Assembly (NCBI GenBank): GCA_036390495.1
Contig: DASWBR010000203.1
Location: forward strand, 1-43,250
DNA from: Candidatus Deferrimicrobiaceae bacterium
GTDB lineage: Bacteria; Desulfobacterota; Deferrimicrobia; Deferrimicrobiales; Deferrimicrobiaceae
Direction: 5' to 3'
DNA: 43,250 bases
Under the pieces are notes generated by a model, which saw nothing but the letters and a program-made list of their open reading frames with translations, searched no databases and was not told the DNA's origin. How positions within the stretch are numbered: position 1 is the stretch's first letter; each line of letters starts with the position of its first letter. The translations under genes were made by a program, and so were the position numbers. Shown here piece after piece: positions 16,745 to 26,616 of the stretch.

Positions 16745-18118
16745 TTACTTACCGCCCCCGGCCCGCGCGATCGCCTCCTTGACGTGGCGCACCGGGAGCA
16801 GCTCGAGGGGAAACGTCGAGGAGAGGCGTTCGGCGTTCGCAGCGGGGAGAACGACGCGTAAGAACCCCATCTTGGCGGCCTCGTTGAGCCGCATCTCCGC
16901 CATCGGCACCGCGCGGACCTCGCCCCCCAGCCCCACCTCCCCGAACGCCGCCGTCCCGTGGGGAACCACCCGGTCCCGGAAGCTCCCGGCGACGGCGCAA
17001 CAGAGCGCGAGGTCCGCCGCGGGCTCGTCGATCCGGATCCCCCCCGCGACGTTCACGAACACGTCCTGGTTGTGGAGCGGGACCCCGGCCTTCCGCTCCA
17101 GAATCGCACACAGCAGGATCACCCGGTTGAAATCCACGCCCAGCGTCGTGCGGCGCGGCATCGCGAGGAACGACTGCGACACCAGCGACTGGACCTCCAC
17201 GAGCAGCGGGCGCGTCCCCTCGATCGCCGGGAAGACCAGCGTCCCGGAGGTGTCGCCGGAGCGATCGGACAGGAACATCCCCGACGGGTCGGCCACCTCG
17301 GCGAGCCCCTCGGCGCGCATCTCGAAAACCCCGATCTCGTTCGTCGAGCCGAACCGGTTCTTGACCGCCTTCAAGATACGGAACGGGTGCCCTTTTTCCC
17401 CTTCGAAGTAGAGCACCGTATCCACGATGTGCTCGAGCACCCGCGGTCCGGCGATCGCCCCTTCCTTCGTCACGTGCCCCACGAGAAACACCGAGATACC
17501 CGCCTTCTTTCCGAAGAAGACCAGGCGCGCGGCGCACTCCCTCACCTGCCCCACGGACCCCGGCGCGCCGGGGAGGTCGGAGGAGAAGACCGTCTGGATG
17601 GAGTCCACGATCATCGTCGCGGGGGCGAGCTCTCCCGCCGCGGAGAGGATCCGCTCGAGGGACGTCTCCGCCATCAGGTAGATGCCGGGTTCCGCGATCC
17701 CGAGGCGGGTGGCGCGGAGCTTCACCTGCGCCTCGGACTCCTCGCCGGAGACGTAAAGGACCGCCCTCCCCTGCCGGGCGAGCCCCCTGGCGACCTGCAG
17801 GAGCACGGTGGATTTGCCGATCCCCGGGTCCCCGCCGATCAGCGTGGCGGATGCGGAGACGACGCCGCCCCCCATCACCCGGTCGAACTCGCCGATCCCG
17901 CACCGCGCCCGGGCCGCGGCGGTCTCCTCGACCTCCGTGAGCCGCACGGGCCGGGACGCGGGGAAGTCGGCGGCCGCCCCCCCCCGGTACTTCGGCTCCG
18001 GGGCGGACACCTCCTCGACGAGGGTGTTCCACTCGCCGCACCCGGGGCACTTCCCCACCCACTTCGGGGAGGAGGTTCCGCACGCCGTGCAGGCGTACTC
18101 GACCTTCACCTTCGCCAC
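16745..18118 (-). CDS. radA: DNA repair protein RadA/Sms
   Basis: Track ORF 16745..18805 trimmed to the GTG at 18118 (V/MAKVKVEYACTACGTSSPKWVGKCPGCGEWNT, a zinc finger). It has Walker A (GDPGIGKST), AVKNRFGSTNEIGVFEM (KNRFG motif) and a Lon-protease-like C-terminal domain. An in-frame GTG at 18109, in a GTGA overlap with the larC stop, is an alternative start. Confidence 0.92.
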   Translation of the reverse strand: MAKVKVEYACTACGTSSPKWVGKCPGCGEWNTLVEEVSAPEPKYRGGAAADFPASRPVRLTEVEETAAARARCGIGEFDRVMGGGVVSASATLIGGDPGIGKSTVLLQVARGLARQGRAVLYVSGEESEAQVKLRATRLGIAEPGIYLMAETSLERILSAAGELAPATMIVDSIQTVFSSDLPGAPGSVGQVRECAARLVFFGKKAGISVFLVGHVTKEGAIAGPRVLEHIVDTVLYFEGEKGHPFRILKAVKNRFGSTNEIGVFEMRAEGLAEVADPSGMFLSDRSGDTSGTLVFPAIEGTRPLLVEVQSLVSQSFLAMPRRTTLGVDFNRVILLCAILERKAGVPLHNQDVFVNVAGGIRIDEPAADLALCCAVAGSFRDRVVPHGTAAFGEVGLGGEVRAVPMAEMRLNEAAKMGFLRVVLPAANAERLSSTFPLELLPVRHVKEAIARAGGGK

Positions 18119-19278
18119 TTCGCCGCCACCTCGCGCGCAACCTCTTCGAACGTCGCCGCGCCTGTACGGACGATCCGCTTCACGTCGTCGTACTCCGGCA
18201 CCGGGCGTGCCGAGCCGTCCGGGAGGGTCGCCTCCTTCACCCGCACGGGCCCGTACCGGGTCGAAACCGTTCCCGACCGGCGGTCGAGCTTCAGCCGGTC
18301 GCAGGCGTGGTACCGCAGGCCGATGGCGGTGGAGAGGGAGAAGACGGCGGAGGAGACGATCTCCAGCCGCTCCTCCGGGCACAAAAGCCGCAGCACCCAG
18401 CCGGGCCGGTTCTTCTTCATCGTGGCCGGGAGGATCGCCACGTCCAGGGCACCTGCCGCCAGCGCCCGCTCGATGAGCAGTTCGAACCGCTGGGGGCTCA
18501 TGTCGTCGATGTTCGCTTCCACCTCCAGCACGCGGTCCCGGCCCGCCGCGCCCGCCGGGGAGTCCCCCGCGACGACGCGCAGCATGTTGGGCCTCCCGGG
18601 GATCTCCCGGTGCCCCAGGCCGGTCCCGACGCCGCGCACCGTCATGCCGGGAGGACGTCCGAAGGAGACGTCGAAGGCCCGCAGCAGCGCCGCCCCGGTG
18701 GGCGTCACCAGCTCCCCCTCCCCCTCGCCGAAGCGCCAGCAGGCTCCCTCGAGCAGGGCGAGGGTCGCCGGCCCCGGAACGGGGATCTTCCCGTGCGCGG
18801 ACCACGCCTCCCCCGATCCGCCGGGGAGCGCGGAGCAGAACGCCCTCGGGGCACCGAGGAACTCGAAGAGGAAACAGCCCGAGACCACGTCGACGATCGC
18901 GTCCACGGCGCCGACCTCGTGGAAATGCACCTTGTCCGGCGTGGTCCCGTGGACCCGCGCCTCCGCCTCCCCGAGCCGCTCGAAGCAGCGCGCCGCGCGG
19001 GAGACCGTCTCCCGCGGCAGGGAGGAGGACCGCAGCAGCGACAGGATCTCCGGGAGGTGGCGCGCCTTGCCCTTCCGGGACGAGACCCGGACGTGCACGC
19101 GGGTCCCCGCCACCCCGGCGGAGGTCCCCCGCTCCACGGCGAGCCGGTACCCCGCGAGCGGGAGCCCCTTGAGCGCCTTCCGGAGGTCCCTCTCCGCGCC
19201 GGTGAGGGAGAGGAGCGCCGCGGCGGTCATGTCCCCGGCGATCCCCGAGAAGCAGTCGAAGTAGAGGAGGGAGTTCAC
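18106..19278 (-). CDS. larC: LarC-type nickel insertion protein (pyridinium-3,5-bisthiocarboxylate mononucleotide nickel chelatase, DUF111)
   Basis: Track ORF 18106..19710 trimmed to the GTG at 19278 (VNSLLYFDCFSGIAGDMTAAALL...), giving 390 aa as a single unfused frame. HFHEVGAVDAIVDVV and ANIDDMSPQ are typical of the family. The start overlaps the larB stop (GTGA). Confidence 0.85.
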   Translation of the reverse strand: MNSLLYFDCFSGIAGDMTAAALLSLTGAERDLRKALKGLPLAGYRLAVERGTSAGVAGTRVHVRVSSRKGKARHLPEILSLLRSSSLPRETVSRAARCFERLGEAEARVHGTTPDKVHFHEVGAVDAIVDVVSGCFLFEFLGAPRAFCSALPGGSGEAWSAHGKIPVPGPATLALLEGACWRFGEGEGELVTPTGAALLRAFDVSFGRPPGMTVRGVGTGLGHREIPGRPNMLRVVAGDSPAGAAGRDRVLEVEANIDDMSPQRFELLIERALAAGALDVAILPATMKKNRPGWVLRLLCPEERLEIVSSAVFSLSTAIGLRYHACDRLKLDRRSGTVSTRYGPVRVKEATLPDGSARPVPEYDDVKRIVRTGAATFEEVAREVAAKWRR

Positions 19279-20024
19279 AGCCGGTTGATCACCGAGGAGA
19301 GCACGCCCGCCCCGAACCCGTTGTCGATGTTCACCACGGCGACCGTGGGGGCGCAGGAGTTCAGCATCCCGAGGAGGGCCGCCACGCCGCCGAAGCTCGC
19401 GCCGTACCCCACGCTCGTGGGGACCGCGATGACGGGCTTGTCCGTGAGCCCGCCCACCACCGAGGCGAGGGCCCCTTCCATCCCGGCCACCACCACGAGG
19501 ACCCGCGCGGCGCGGAGCTTCTCCTGCTTCACGAGGAGCCTGTGGATCCCCGCCACCCCGACGTCGAAGAGGCGATCCACGCGGTTGCCGAGGAACTCCG
19601 CCGTGACCGCCGCCTCCTCCGCCACCGGGATGTCCGAAGTCCCCGCGGTGACGACGAGCACCGTCCCCTTCCCTGCGATCCGCGGCTCCCCGTCCCGGAT
19701 CACGAGGCACCGCGCCGCCTCGTGCGCCACCGCTCCGCGCATCTTCCGGCGCACGGCCCGGAGCTTCTCCCCGTCGAGGCGCGTGACGAGGACCCCCGAG
19801 CCGGCGCGCCGCATCGATCGGGCGATGGCCACGATCTGCTCCGCGGTCTTCCCCTCGCCGAAGATGACCTCGGGGACGCCCTGGCGGACCGCCCTGTGGT
19901 GGTCGACGCGGGCCACGCCCACGTTCTCGTACGGCAGCGCGCGCAATCGCTCGAACGCCTCGTCCACAGGGACGGACCCCCTTGCAACGTCGGCGAGCAG
20001 CCGTTTCAGCCGGTCCGGCGTCAG
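19275..20024 (-). CDS. larB: LarB-type pyridinium-3,5-biscarboxylate mononucleotide synthase (PurE/AIR-carboxylase-like)
   Basis: The core is VARVDHHRAVRQGVPEVIFGEGKT, VVTAGTSDIPVAEEA and VVAGMEGALASVVGG. The track ORF starts at GTG 19967, but the 19 in-frame codons upstream (LTPDRLKRLLADVARGSVP) match the usual LarB N-terminus as I remember it. There is no ATG/GTG/TTG between 19967 and the upstream in-frame TAA, so I propose CTG at 20024 (CTGA overlap with the upstream stop). The conservative alternative is 19275..19967. Confidence 0.75.
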   Translation of the reverse strand: MTPDRLKRLLADVARGSVPVDEAFERLRALPYENVGVARVDHHRAVRQGVPEVIFGEGKTAEQIVAIARSMRRAGSGVLVTRLDGEKLRAVRRKMRGAVAHEAARCLVIRDGEPRIAGKGTVLVVTAGTSDIPVAEEAAVTAEFLGNRVDRLFDVGVAGIHRLLVKQEKLRAARVLVVVAGMEGALASVVGGLTDKPVIAVPTSVGYGASFGGVAALLGMLNSCAPTVAVVNIDNGFGAGVLSSVINRL

Positions 20025-21298
20025 AATCCCGCTCCTTCCCCGTCTCCCGCGGGGCTTTCCCCGAGGGGGACCTCCCCCGGCGCCCGGAAGACCCGGACCT
20101 CGAGGACGGCCCGCTCCGAGGACCTCTCCACGCGCAGCCGCGCCCCCGGGATGGGGAACTCCTCCCCCGGAGCGGGAATCCGCCCCGCGAGGGAGGTCAG
20201 GAACCCCCCGACCGTGGAATAGTCGCCCTCCGGCAGGCGCACGCCGAGCTCCTCCGAGAGGTGCGCAAGCTCCATCCGCCCGGGCACCAGGAACTCGTCG
20301 TCGGAGACCTTTTTATAGTATTCCATGCGCCGGTCGTATTCATCCTCGATCTCCCCCACCACCTCCTCCACCACGTCCTCCGCCGTGACGATGCCGGTGA
20401 CGCCGCCGAACTCGTCCACCACCACGGCGAAGGAGGTGCGCCCTTCCCGGAAAGCCCGCAACAGCTCGTCGAGGGACATCAGCTCCGGGACGAAGAGGGC
20501 CTTCCGCAGCAGCGGGAGGACCGGCGCGTCCGGCGGAGACCCCACGGTGTCGAGGACGTGGAGAAAGCCGGTCACGTGGTCGATCCGTCCCCGGTACAGC
20601 GGATACCGGGAGAAGCCGCTCTGCGCCGCCAGGCGCGCCGCCTCGCGGCACGTCGCCTCCTCCGGGAGGGCCACCACCTGCGCGAGGGGGCGGAACACGT
20701 CCGCCACGCGGGTCTCCCCGAAATGGAACGCCCGGCGGACCATCACGCGTTCGTGGCTTTCCACGTCGGTGACCCCCCGGCCGACCTGGAGCAGCAACGA
20801 GAGCTCCTCCCGGGTCACCAGCGCCTGCACGGGGGCGACGCCTCCGAACGGCGAGGAGAGGAGGCGGGCGAGCCAGGACACCGCGGCGACCAGCGGGTAG
20901 AGGGCCGCCTGCGCGACCCGGACCAGCCGCGCCGCGCCCCCGACGAGCCGGTCCGCCCTCGGCCTCGAAAAGCTCTTGGGCACCACCTCGCCGAGGACGA
21001 TGACCAGGGGGGTGACCACCCCGACGGCCACCCACTCGGCCCACGGCCCGAACCGGGGAAGGAGGCGCGACGTGACGATCACGGTGGAGAGCACCACGAG
21101 GATGTTCGTGGCCGTGAGGGTTGTGGCCAACACCCGGTCGGGCCGTTCCAGCAGGAGGAGGGCCAGCCGCGCGCCCCGCTCCCCGCGCCGGGACCGTTCG
21201 TGGAGGCGGTGACGGTCCGCGGAGACGAGGATCATCTCCGATCCGGTGAAGAGCCCCTCCAGGAGCAGACAGAGGGCGACCAGCGCGACGATGTCCAC
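20021..21298 (-). CDS. CNNM/CorC/TlyC-family membrane protein (DUF21 + CBS pair + CorC_HlyC)
   Basis: 425 aa with a GTG start. It has an N-terminal DUF21 TM region (FTGSEMILVSADRHRL...VLGEVVPKS), a CBS pair and a C-terminal transporter-associated domain (FLVPGRMELAHLSEELGVRLPEGDYSTVGGFL). Confidence 0.88.
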   Translation of the reverse strand: MDIVALVALCLLLEGLFTGSEMILVSADRHRLHERSRRGERGARLALLLLERPDRVLATTLTATNILVVLSTVIVTSRLLPRFGPWAEWVAVGVVTPLVIVLGEVVPKSFSRPRADRLVGGAARLVRVAQAALYPLVAAVSWLARLLSSPFGGVAPVQALVTREELSLLLQVGRGVTDVESHERVMVRRAFHFGETRVADVFRPLAQVVALPEEATCREAARLAAQSGFSRYPLYRGRIDHVTGFLHVLDTVGSPPDAPVLPLLRKALFVPELMSLDELLRAFREGRTSFAVVVDEFGGVTGIVTAEDVVEEVVGEIEDEYDRRMEYYKKVSDDEFLVPGRMELAHLSEELGVRLPEGDYSTVGGFLTSLAGRIPAPGEEFPIPGARLRVERSSERAVLEVRVFRAPGEVPLGESPAGDGEGAGF

Positions 21299-21301
21299 GG
21301 C

Positions 21302-22555
21302 CTACGCCTCCCCCCGCGGGACGGGCCGCACGTCGACCTCGACGATCCGGATCCCCTTCAGCCGCTCGACCGCGAAGGTGTGCCCCGCGAGCGTGAGGGA
21401 GTCGCCCCGGGCCGGCAGCCGGCCGAACTCGTGGAGGAGGAGCCCCGCCACCGTGTCCCACTCCTCGTCCGGAAGGGCCGTCCCGAACGCGTCGTTGAAG
21501 CGCCGGATCGCCGTCTTCCCGAGCACGCGGGAGGAGCCGTCCGGCCGGCGGACGATCTCCTTCTCCTCCCGGTCGTGCTCCTCCCGGATGTCGCCGAACA
21601 GCTCCTCCAGCACGTCCTCCAGCGTGACGATGCCGACCTGCTCCCCGAACTCGTCCACGACCAGGGCGATGTGCACCTTCCGCCGCTGGAACTCCCGCAG
21701 CAGGAGGGGAAGCTTCTTGGAGGCAGGAATGACGAAGGGGGGGCGCACGAACTCCCGCCACTCCGGGGCCTCCTCCCCGGATGCCATCGGGCGGAGGAGC
21801 TCCTTGAAGTGGAGGATCCCGACCACGTTCCGCCGCTCTCCCTCGTAGACCGGTATGCGCGACCGCCGGTACCGGCGGTACCGCTCGACCAGGTCGGCGT
21901 ACGGGAGTTGCCGGGGCACCATGAACACGTCGGGGAGGGGAGTCATGATCTCCCCGGCGCGCTGGTCCGTCATCTCGAAGATGTTGTGGATGAGCTCCTT
22001 CTCGCCGGGGTCGAGGGTCCCGGTCTCCTCCCCCGCGTCCACCAGCGCCCGGAACTCCGCCTCGGAGATCATCTCGCGGCTCTCCGCGCGCCCGCGCTCC
22101 CCCAGGAGGAAGAGGATCCCCCCCGCGGCCTTCTCGAGGACGAAGCGGGCGGGCGCCACCACCCGGGCGAATGCGTTCAGCGGGCCGGACGCGAAGAGGG
22201 AGAACGACTTCGCCCGCGGCCAGACGAGGCATTTCGGGGTCACGTCGCCGAGGAGGAGGATCCCCAGCGTCCCGGCGGCCAGGGCCGCCGCCTCCCCGTA
22301 CCCCGCGGGCAACCGCGGGAGGAGCAGCCCTGCCAGGACGGAGGAGATCGCCACGTTGACGATCTCGTTTCCGAGGAAGATCGTCGAGATGAGGCGGTTG
22401 GGGGTGGCGAGCATCCGCTCGATCCGGGCGGCCCGGCGGTCCCCCGCCTCCTTCAGCCGGAGCAGGTCCACGCGCCGCAAAGCGAACAGGGCCGTCTCCG
22501 TCGCCGAGAAGAAGGCGGAGAAGAGGAACAGGAACGGGAGGAGGAACGCTTTCAC
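21302..22555 (-). CDS. Second CNNM/CorC/TlyC-family membrane protein (tandem paralogue)
   Basis: Track ORF 21302..23353 trimmed to the GTG at 22555 ([31 protein letters not shown]...), giving 417 aa. It has the same DUF21 + CBS + CorC_HlyC layout (HIALVVDEFGEQVGIVTLEDVLEELFGDI). The start overlaps the thiL stop (GTGA). Confidence 0.88.
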   Translation of the reverse strand: MKAFLLPFLFLFSAFFSATETALFALRRVDLLRLKEAGDRRAARIERMLATPNRLISTIFLGNEIVNVAISSVLAGLLLPRLPAGYGEAAALAAGTLGILLLGDVTPKCLVWPRAKSFSLFASGPLNAFARVVAPARFVLEKAAGGILFLLGERGRAESREMISEAEFRALVDAGEETGTLDPGEKELIHNIFEMTDQRAGEIMTPLPDVFMVPRQLPYADLVERYRRYRRSRIPVYEGERRNVVGILHFKELLRPMASGEEAPEWREFVRPPFVIPASKKLPLLLREFQRRKVHIALVVDEFGEQVGIVTLEDVLEELFGDIREEHDREEKEIVRRPDGSSRVLGKTAIRRFNDAFGTALPDEEWDTVAGLLLHEFGRLPARGDSLTLAGHTFAVERLKGIRIVEVDVRPVPRGEA

Positions 22556-23619
22556 CGGAAGTGCTCGAACCCCGTCGGGAGCGCGCTCCCTTCGAGGACG
22601 GAACCATCGGTGCGCCGGACGCGGATCCCCGGCTCCTGCGTCACCTCGCCGATCGGGGTCGCCGCGGCCGGGAATGCCCGCGCCGCCCGCAGGAACCCGC
22701 CGCGGCGGCCCGGGCGGACCGCCATCAGCAGTTCGTAATCCTCGCCGCCGGCGAGGAACGCGGCCAGCGGGTCGACCCCCAGGACGCCGGCCGCCCTCCG
22801 GAAGGCGGGGGTCATGGGGAACGCCTCCTCCCGGAGGCTTGCGCCGAGGCCGTCGCGCTCGAGGAGGTGGCCGAGGTCGGGGAGTACCCCGTCGCTCAGG
22901 TCGATCATCGCCGCCACGGCGCCCGATCCCGCCGCGGCCATCCCCTCCCTCCACCGGGCATCCGGCCGGAGGTGCCGCCGCATCGCCTCCAGGCGCCACC
23001 CCGTCGCCTTCCTCGGGCGACCGCCCCGCAGGAGCCGCAAGCCCAGATGCGACCAGCCGGGCGCCCCGGTGACGAAGAGGGTGTCCCCGGGCCGCGCGCC
23101 GGCGCGGGTCGTCGGCCGGCCCCGCGCAAGAGCGCCGACCACGGTCAGGCAGAGGACGAGCCGCTCCCCGCGGCAGGTGTCCCCGCCCATCAGCCGCATG
23201 CCGGAGGAGGCCGCGGCGCGCGCCATCCCCCGGAAGATCCCGCCGACCGTCGCGGCGGGGGTGTCCCCCGGGGCGGCCAGCGCCGCGAGGTAGCAGAGCG
23301 GGGAGGCTCCCATCGCCGCGAGGTCGGAGAGGTTCGCGGAGAGCGCCCGCCACCCCACTTCCACGGGGCGGAAGTAGTCGAGGGAGAAATGCGTCCCCGA
23401 CAGGAGCATGTCCGTGGAGAGGACCGCCCGGCCGCGGGGGACGCGGACGACGGCCGCGTCGTCCCCGATCGCGATCTCGCCGGGAAGCGGCGCGCCGCCG
23501 TACCGGCGGCGCAGGAGATCGATCAGGCCGAACTCCCCGAGGTCCCGCAGGAGGGGAGTCCCGCCTCCCCGGCGGCGCCTCCCGGGGCCGTCCGGGTCGT
23601 CCGCGTCGCCGCGGTTCAC
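22552..23619 (-). CDS. thiL: Thiamine-monophosphate kinase
   Basis: Track ORF 22552..24933 trimmed to the GTG at 23619 (GTGA overlap with the lon stop). [42 protein letters not shown] and AGGEDYELL are typical AIR-synthase-fold ThiL motifs. The exact start is uncertain. Confidence 0.85.
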   Translation of the reverse strand: MNRGDADDPDGPGRRRRGGGTPLLRDLGEFGLIDLLRRRYGGAPLPGEIAIGDDAAVVRVPRGRAVLSTDMLLSGTHFSLDYFRPVEVGWRALSANLSDLAAMGASPLCYLAALAAPGDTPAATVGGIFRGMARAAASSGMRLMGGDTCRGERLVLCLTVVGALARGRPTTRAGARPGDTLFVTGAPGWSHLGLRLLRGGRPRKATGWRLEAMRRHLRPDARWREGMAAAGSGAVAAMIDLSDGVLPDLGHLLERDGLGASLREEAFPMTPAFRRAAGVLGVDPLAAFLAGGEDYELLMAVRPGRRGGFLRAARAFPAAATPIGEVTQEPGIRVRRTDGSVLEGSALPTGFEHFR

Positions 23620-26165
23620 CGGCGACCCCCGGGCCTCGGGGCCTTCCGCTTCCCCGCGCGGAACGGGTCCCGGGTCAGCGCGATGGAGAGCACCTCGTCC
23701 ATGTTCTTGACGAGGGAGAACCGCACCTGCCGCGCCTCGTGCCGCGGGATCTCCTCGAGGTCCTTCCGGTTCTGCTCCGGGGCGATCACGTGGTTGATCC
23801 CGGCCCGCAACGCCGCCAGCGACTTCTCCCGCACCCCCCCGATGGGAAGGACCCGGCCGCGCAACGTCACCTCCCCGGTCATCGCCACGTCCCGCCGCAC
23901 CGGGATGCCCGTCAGGGAGGAGACCAGCGCGGTCGCGATCGTGATCCCGGCGGAGGGGCCGTCCTTGGGGATCCCCCCCGAGGGGACGTGGACGTGGACG
24001 TCGTACTGCGCGTGGAAGTCCTTCGGGAGCCCCAGCCGGGCCGCCCGGGAGCGGACATAGGTGATCGCGGCCTGGGCGCTCTCCTTCATCACGTCGCCCA
24101 GGTACCCCGTGATCGTCACGGCCCCCTTCCCCCTCACGAGGGACACCTCGACGAAGAGGATGTCGCCCCCCGTCGGCGTCCAGGCGAGCCCCGTCGCGAC
24201 CCCGACCTCGTCCTTCTCCCCCTCCGTTTCCGGGATGTGCTTGGGGGCCCCGAGATACTTCGCGAGTTTCCCCGGGGTCACCGTGAAGGGCCCCTTCTCC
24301 CCTTCGGCGATCCGGCGGGCCACCTTCCGGCAGATCTGCCCGATCTCCCGCTCGAGGTTCCGCAGCCCCGCCTCCCGCGTGTACTGGTGGACGATCGCGA
24401 GGATCGCCTTGTCCCCCATCGACACCTGGCCCTTCCGGATCCCGTTCTCCTCCTGCTGCCGCGGCAGGAGGAACCTCTTCGCGATCGCGAGCTTGTCGAC
24501 GTCGGTGTATCCCGACAGGGGGATGATCTCCATCCGGTCCTTCAGCGCGGGCGGAACCGGGTCGATCACGTTCGCCGTGGCGATGAAGAGGACCTTCGAG
24601 AGGTCGAAGGGGACGTTCAGGTAATTGTCGCTGAAGGCGAAATTCTGCTCCGGGTCGAGCACCTCCAGGAGCGCCGCGGAAGGGTCGCCCCGGAAGTCGG
24701 CCCCCACCTTGTCGATCTCGTCCAGCATGAAGACGGGGTTGCGCGTCCCCGCCTGCTTCATCCCCTGGATGATCCGCCCCGGGAGCGCCCCGACGTACGT
24801 CCGGCGGTGGCCGCGGATCTCCGCCTCGTCCCGGATGCCGCCCAGCGACATGCGGATGAACTTCCTCCCCATCGCGCGGGCGATCGACTTCCCCAGGGAC
24901 GTCTTCCCCACGCCGGGGGGGCCCACGAAGCACAGGATCGGCCCCTTCATCCGGTCCTTCAGCTTGCGGACGGAGAGGTACTCGAGGATCCGCTCCTTGA
25001 CCTTCTCGAGGTCGTGGTGGTCCTCGTCCAGGATCTTCCGGGCCTTCGCGATGAGGATGTTGTCCTTCGTCTCCTTCTTCCAGGGGAGCTCCACCATCCA
25101 GTCGAGGTAGGTGCGCACCACGGACGACTCGGCGGAGTCGGGGTGCATCCCCTCGAGGCGGCGGAGCTGCTTCTCCGCTTCCTTCTCCACCTCTTCGGGC
25201 ATCCCGGCGCCCTTGACCTTCCCCCGGAGGTCGTCGATCTCCTCCGACTTCCCGTCGATGTCCCCCAGCTCCTGCTTGATGGCCTTCATCTGTTCCCGGA
25301 GGAAATATTCCCGCTGGCTCTTCGACATTTCCTCCTTGGCCTGGTTCTGGATCCGGGCCTGCATCTCGGCCAGCTGCAGCTCCCGCGAGAGGAGGTTGTT
25401 CACGAGGGTCAGGCGCGCGACCGGGTCCTCCTCCTCGAGCACCCCCTGCGCCTCCTCGATCTTCAGCCGCAGGTTGGAGGCCACGAGGTCCGCGAGGACC
25501 CCGGGGTTGTTGATGTTCTCCGTGACCATCAGGATCTCGACCGGCATGTTCTTGAGGGAGAGGATCTTCTCGATCTTCTCCCGGGAGGCGCGCATCAGCG
25601 CCTCTACCTCGAGGGTCCCCTCCTTCATCGGGGCCTCGACGATCCGGTCGATCCGGACCCGAACCGCGGGGCGCGCATCGATGAACTCGACGATCTTCCC
25701 CTTCATCACGCCCTGGATGAGGATCTTCAGCCGGCCGTCGGGAAGCTTCAGCATCCGCATGATCATCGCCACGGTGCCGGTCCGGTAGAGGTCGTCCGGC
25801 CCGGGGTCCTCCACCGAGGGATCCTTCTGGGTCGCGAGGAAGATGTGCCGGTCCTTCCCGAGCGCCTCGTCCACCGCGGCGATGGACCCTTCCCGCCCGA
25901 CGAACAGCGGCAGGGTCATGTACGGGAAGATCACGATGTCGCGCACCGGGAGCAGCGGGAGGACCTGCGGGATCTCGGGTCCCCCCTCCTTCTCCTCCAC
26001 GGCGGGGGATTCCCCCTTCGGGGGGGCGCCCGCGGAACCCTCTGCCGTGCCGGCGCCGCCCACCGCCTCCGCCGCGGGCTCCCCGGTCCCCTCGCGTTCC
26101 CCGTCCGGACCTCTCTTCGCCGTCTCGTCCGCCATGTCGCCGCCTTTCCGCTCCTCTTCGCCCAT
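23616..26165 (-). CDS. lon: ATP-dependent Lon protease (LonA)
   Basis: 849 aa with an ATG start. It has the LON N-domain ([24 protein letters not shown]), AAA+ Walker A ([15 protein letters not shown]), Walker B (FMLDEIDK) and the catalytic serine context ([17 protein letters not shown]). An unusual acidic, low-complexity stretch of about 65 aa precedes the N-domain. Confidence 0.95.
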   Translation of the reverse strand: MGEEERKGGDMADETAKRGPDGEREGTGEPAAEAVGGAGTAEGSAGAPPKGESPAVEEKEGGPEIPQVLPLLPVRDIVIFPYMTLPLFVGREGSIAAVDEALGKDRHIFLATQKDPSVEDPGPDDLYRTGTVAMIMRMLKLPDGRLKILIQGVMKGKIVEFIDARPAVRVRIDRIVEAPMKEGTLEVEALMRASREKIEKILSLKNMPVEILMVTENINNPGVLADLVASNLRLKIEEAQGVLEEEDPVARLTLVNNLLSRELQLAEMQARIQNQAKEEMSKSQREYFLREQMKAIKQELGDIDGKSEEIDDLRGKVKGAGMPEEVEKEAEKQLRRLEGMHPDSAESSVVRTYLDWMVELPWKKETKDNILIAKARKILDEDHHDLEKVKERILEYLSVRKLKDRMKGPILCFVGPPGVGKTSLGKSIARAMGRKFIRMSLGGIRDEAEIRGHRRTYVGALPGRIIQGMKQAGTRNPVFMLDEIDKVGADFRGDPSAALLEVLDPEQNFAFSDNYLNVPFDLSKVLFIATANVIDPVPPALKDRMEIIPLSGYTDVDKLAIAKRFLLPRQQEENGIRKGQVSMGDKAILAIVHQYTREAGLRNLEREIGQICRKVARRIAEGEKGPFTVTPGKLAKYLGAPKHIPETEGEKDEVGVATGLAWTPTGGDILFVEVSLVRGKGAVTITGYLGDVMKESAQAAITYVRSRAARLGLPKDFHAQYDVHVHVPSGGIPKDGPSAGITIATALVSSLTGIPVRRDVAMTGEVTLRGRVLPIGGVREKSLAALRAGINHVIAPEQNRKDLEEIPRHEARQVRFSLVKNMDEVLSIALTRDPFRAGKRKAPRPGGRR

Positions 26166-26172
26166 CGCCGCC

Positions 26173-26616
26173 CTACCCCTGCGTCACGTCGACGCGACGC
26201 TCCCGCCCGCGCCGCTCCCGGACCTTCGGGATTACGACCTCGAGGATGCCGTCCCGCATCCGGGCGGAGACCTGGGAGAGATTCACCGCCCCCACCACCT
26301 CGAAGACCCGCCGGAACTTCCCGAAGATCCGCTCGAGGCAAAGGTAGCTGGCCTCCCCCGGGGGGAAGTCCGGCGCCTTCTCCCCCGACACCTCGACGCA
26401 GTCCCCGCGCACCCACACCTGTACGGTCGCGGGAGGCACCCCCGGCAGTTCCAGCCGGATCCGGACCGTGTCGTCCGCCTCCGCCACGTCGGAGAGGGGC
26501 TTGAAACTGGTGTCTTCCGAGAGGTCGAGCAGCGTCACGCGTCCGGGAAGCCCCGGCCTCGTGGCGTCCGGATTCTCCGAACGTCCGGCGTGGGAGCGCC
26601 CGTGCCGGCGGGTCAC
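26173..26616 (-). CDS. Hsp20/alpha-crystallin family small heat-shock protein
   Basis: 147 aa with a GTG start in a GTGA overlap with the galU stop. The alpha-crystallin domain reads [30 protein letters not shown]...[13 protein letters not shown]...[14 protein letters not shown]. Confidence 0.85.
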   Translation of the reverse strand: MTRRHGRSHAGRSENPDATRPGLPGRVTLLDLSEDTSFKPLSDVAEADDTVRIRLELPGVPPATVQVWVRGDCVEVSGEKAPDFPPGEASYLCLERIFGKFRRVFEVVGAVNLSQVSARMRDGILEVVIPKVRERRGRERRVDVTQG

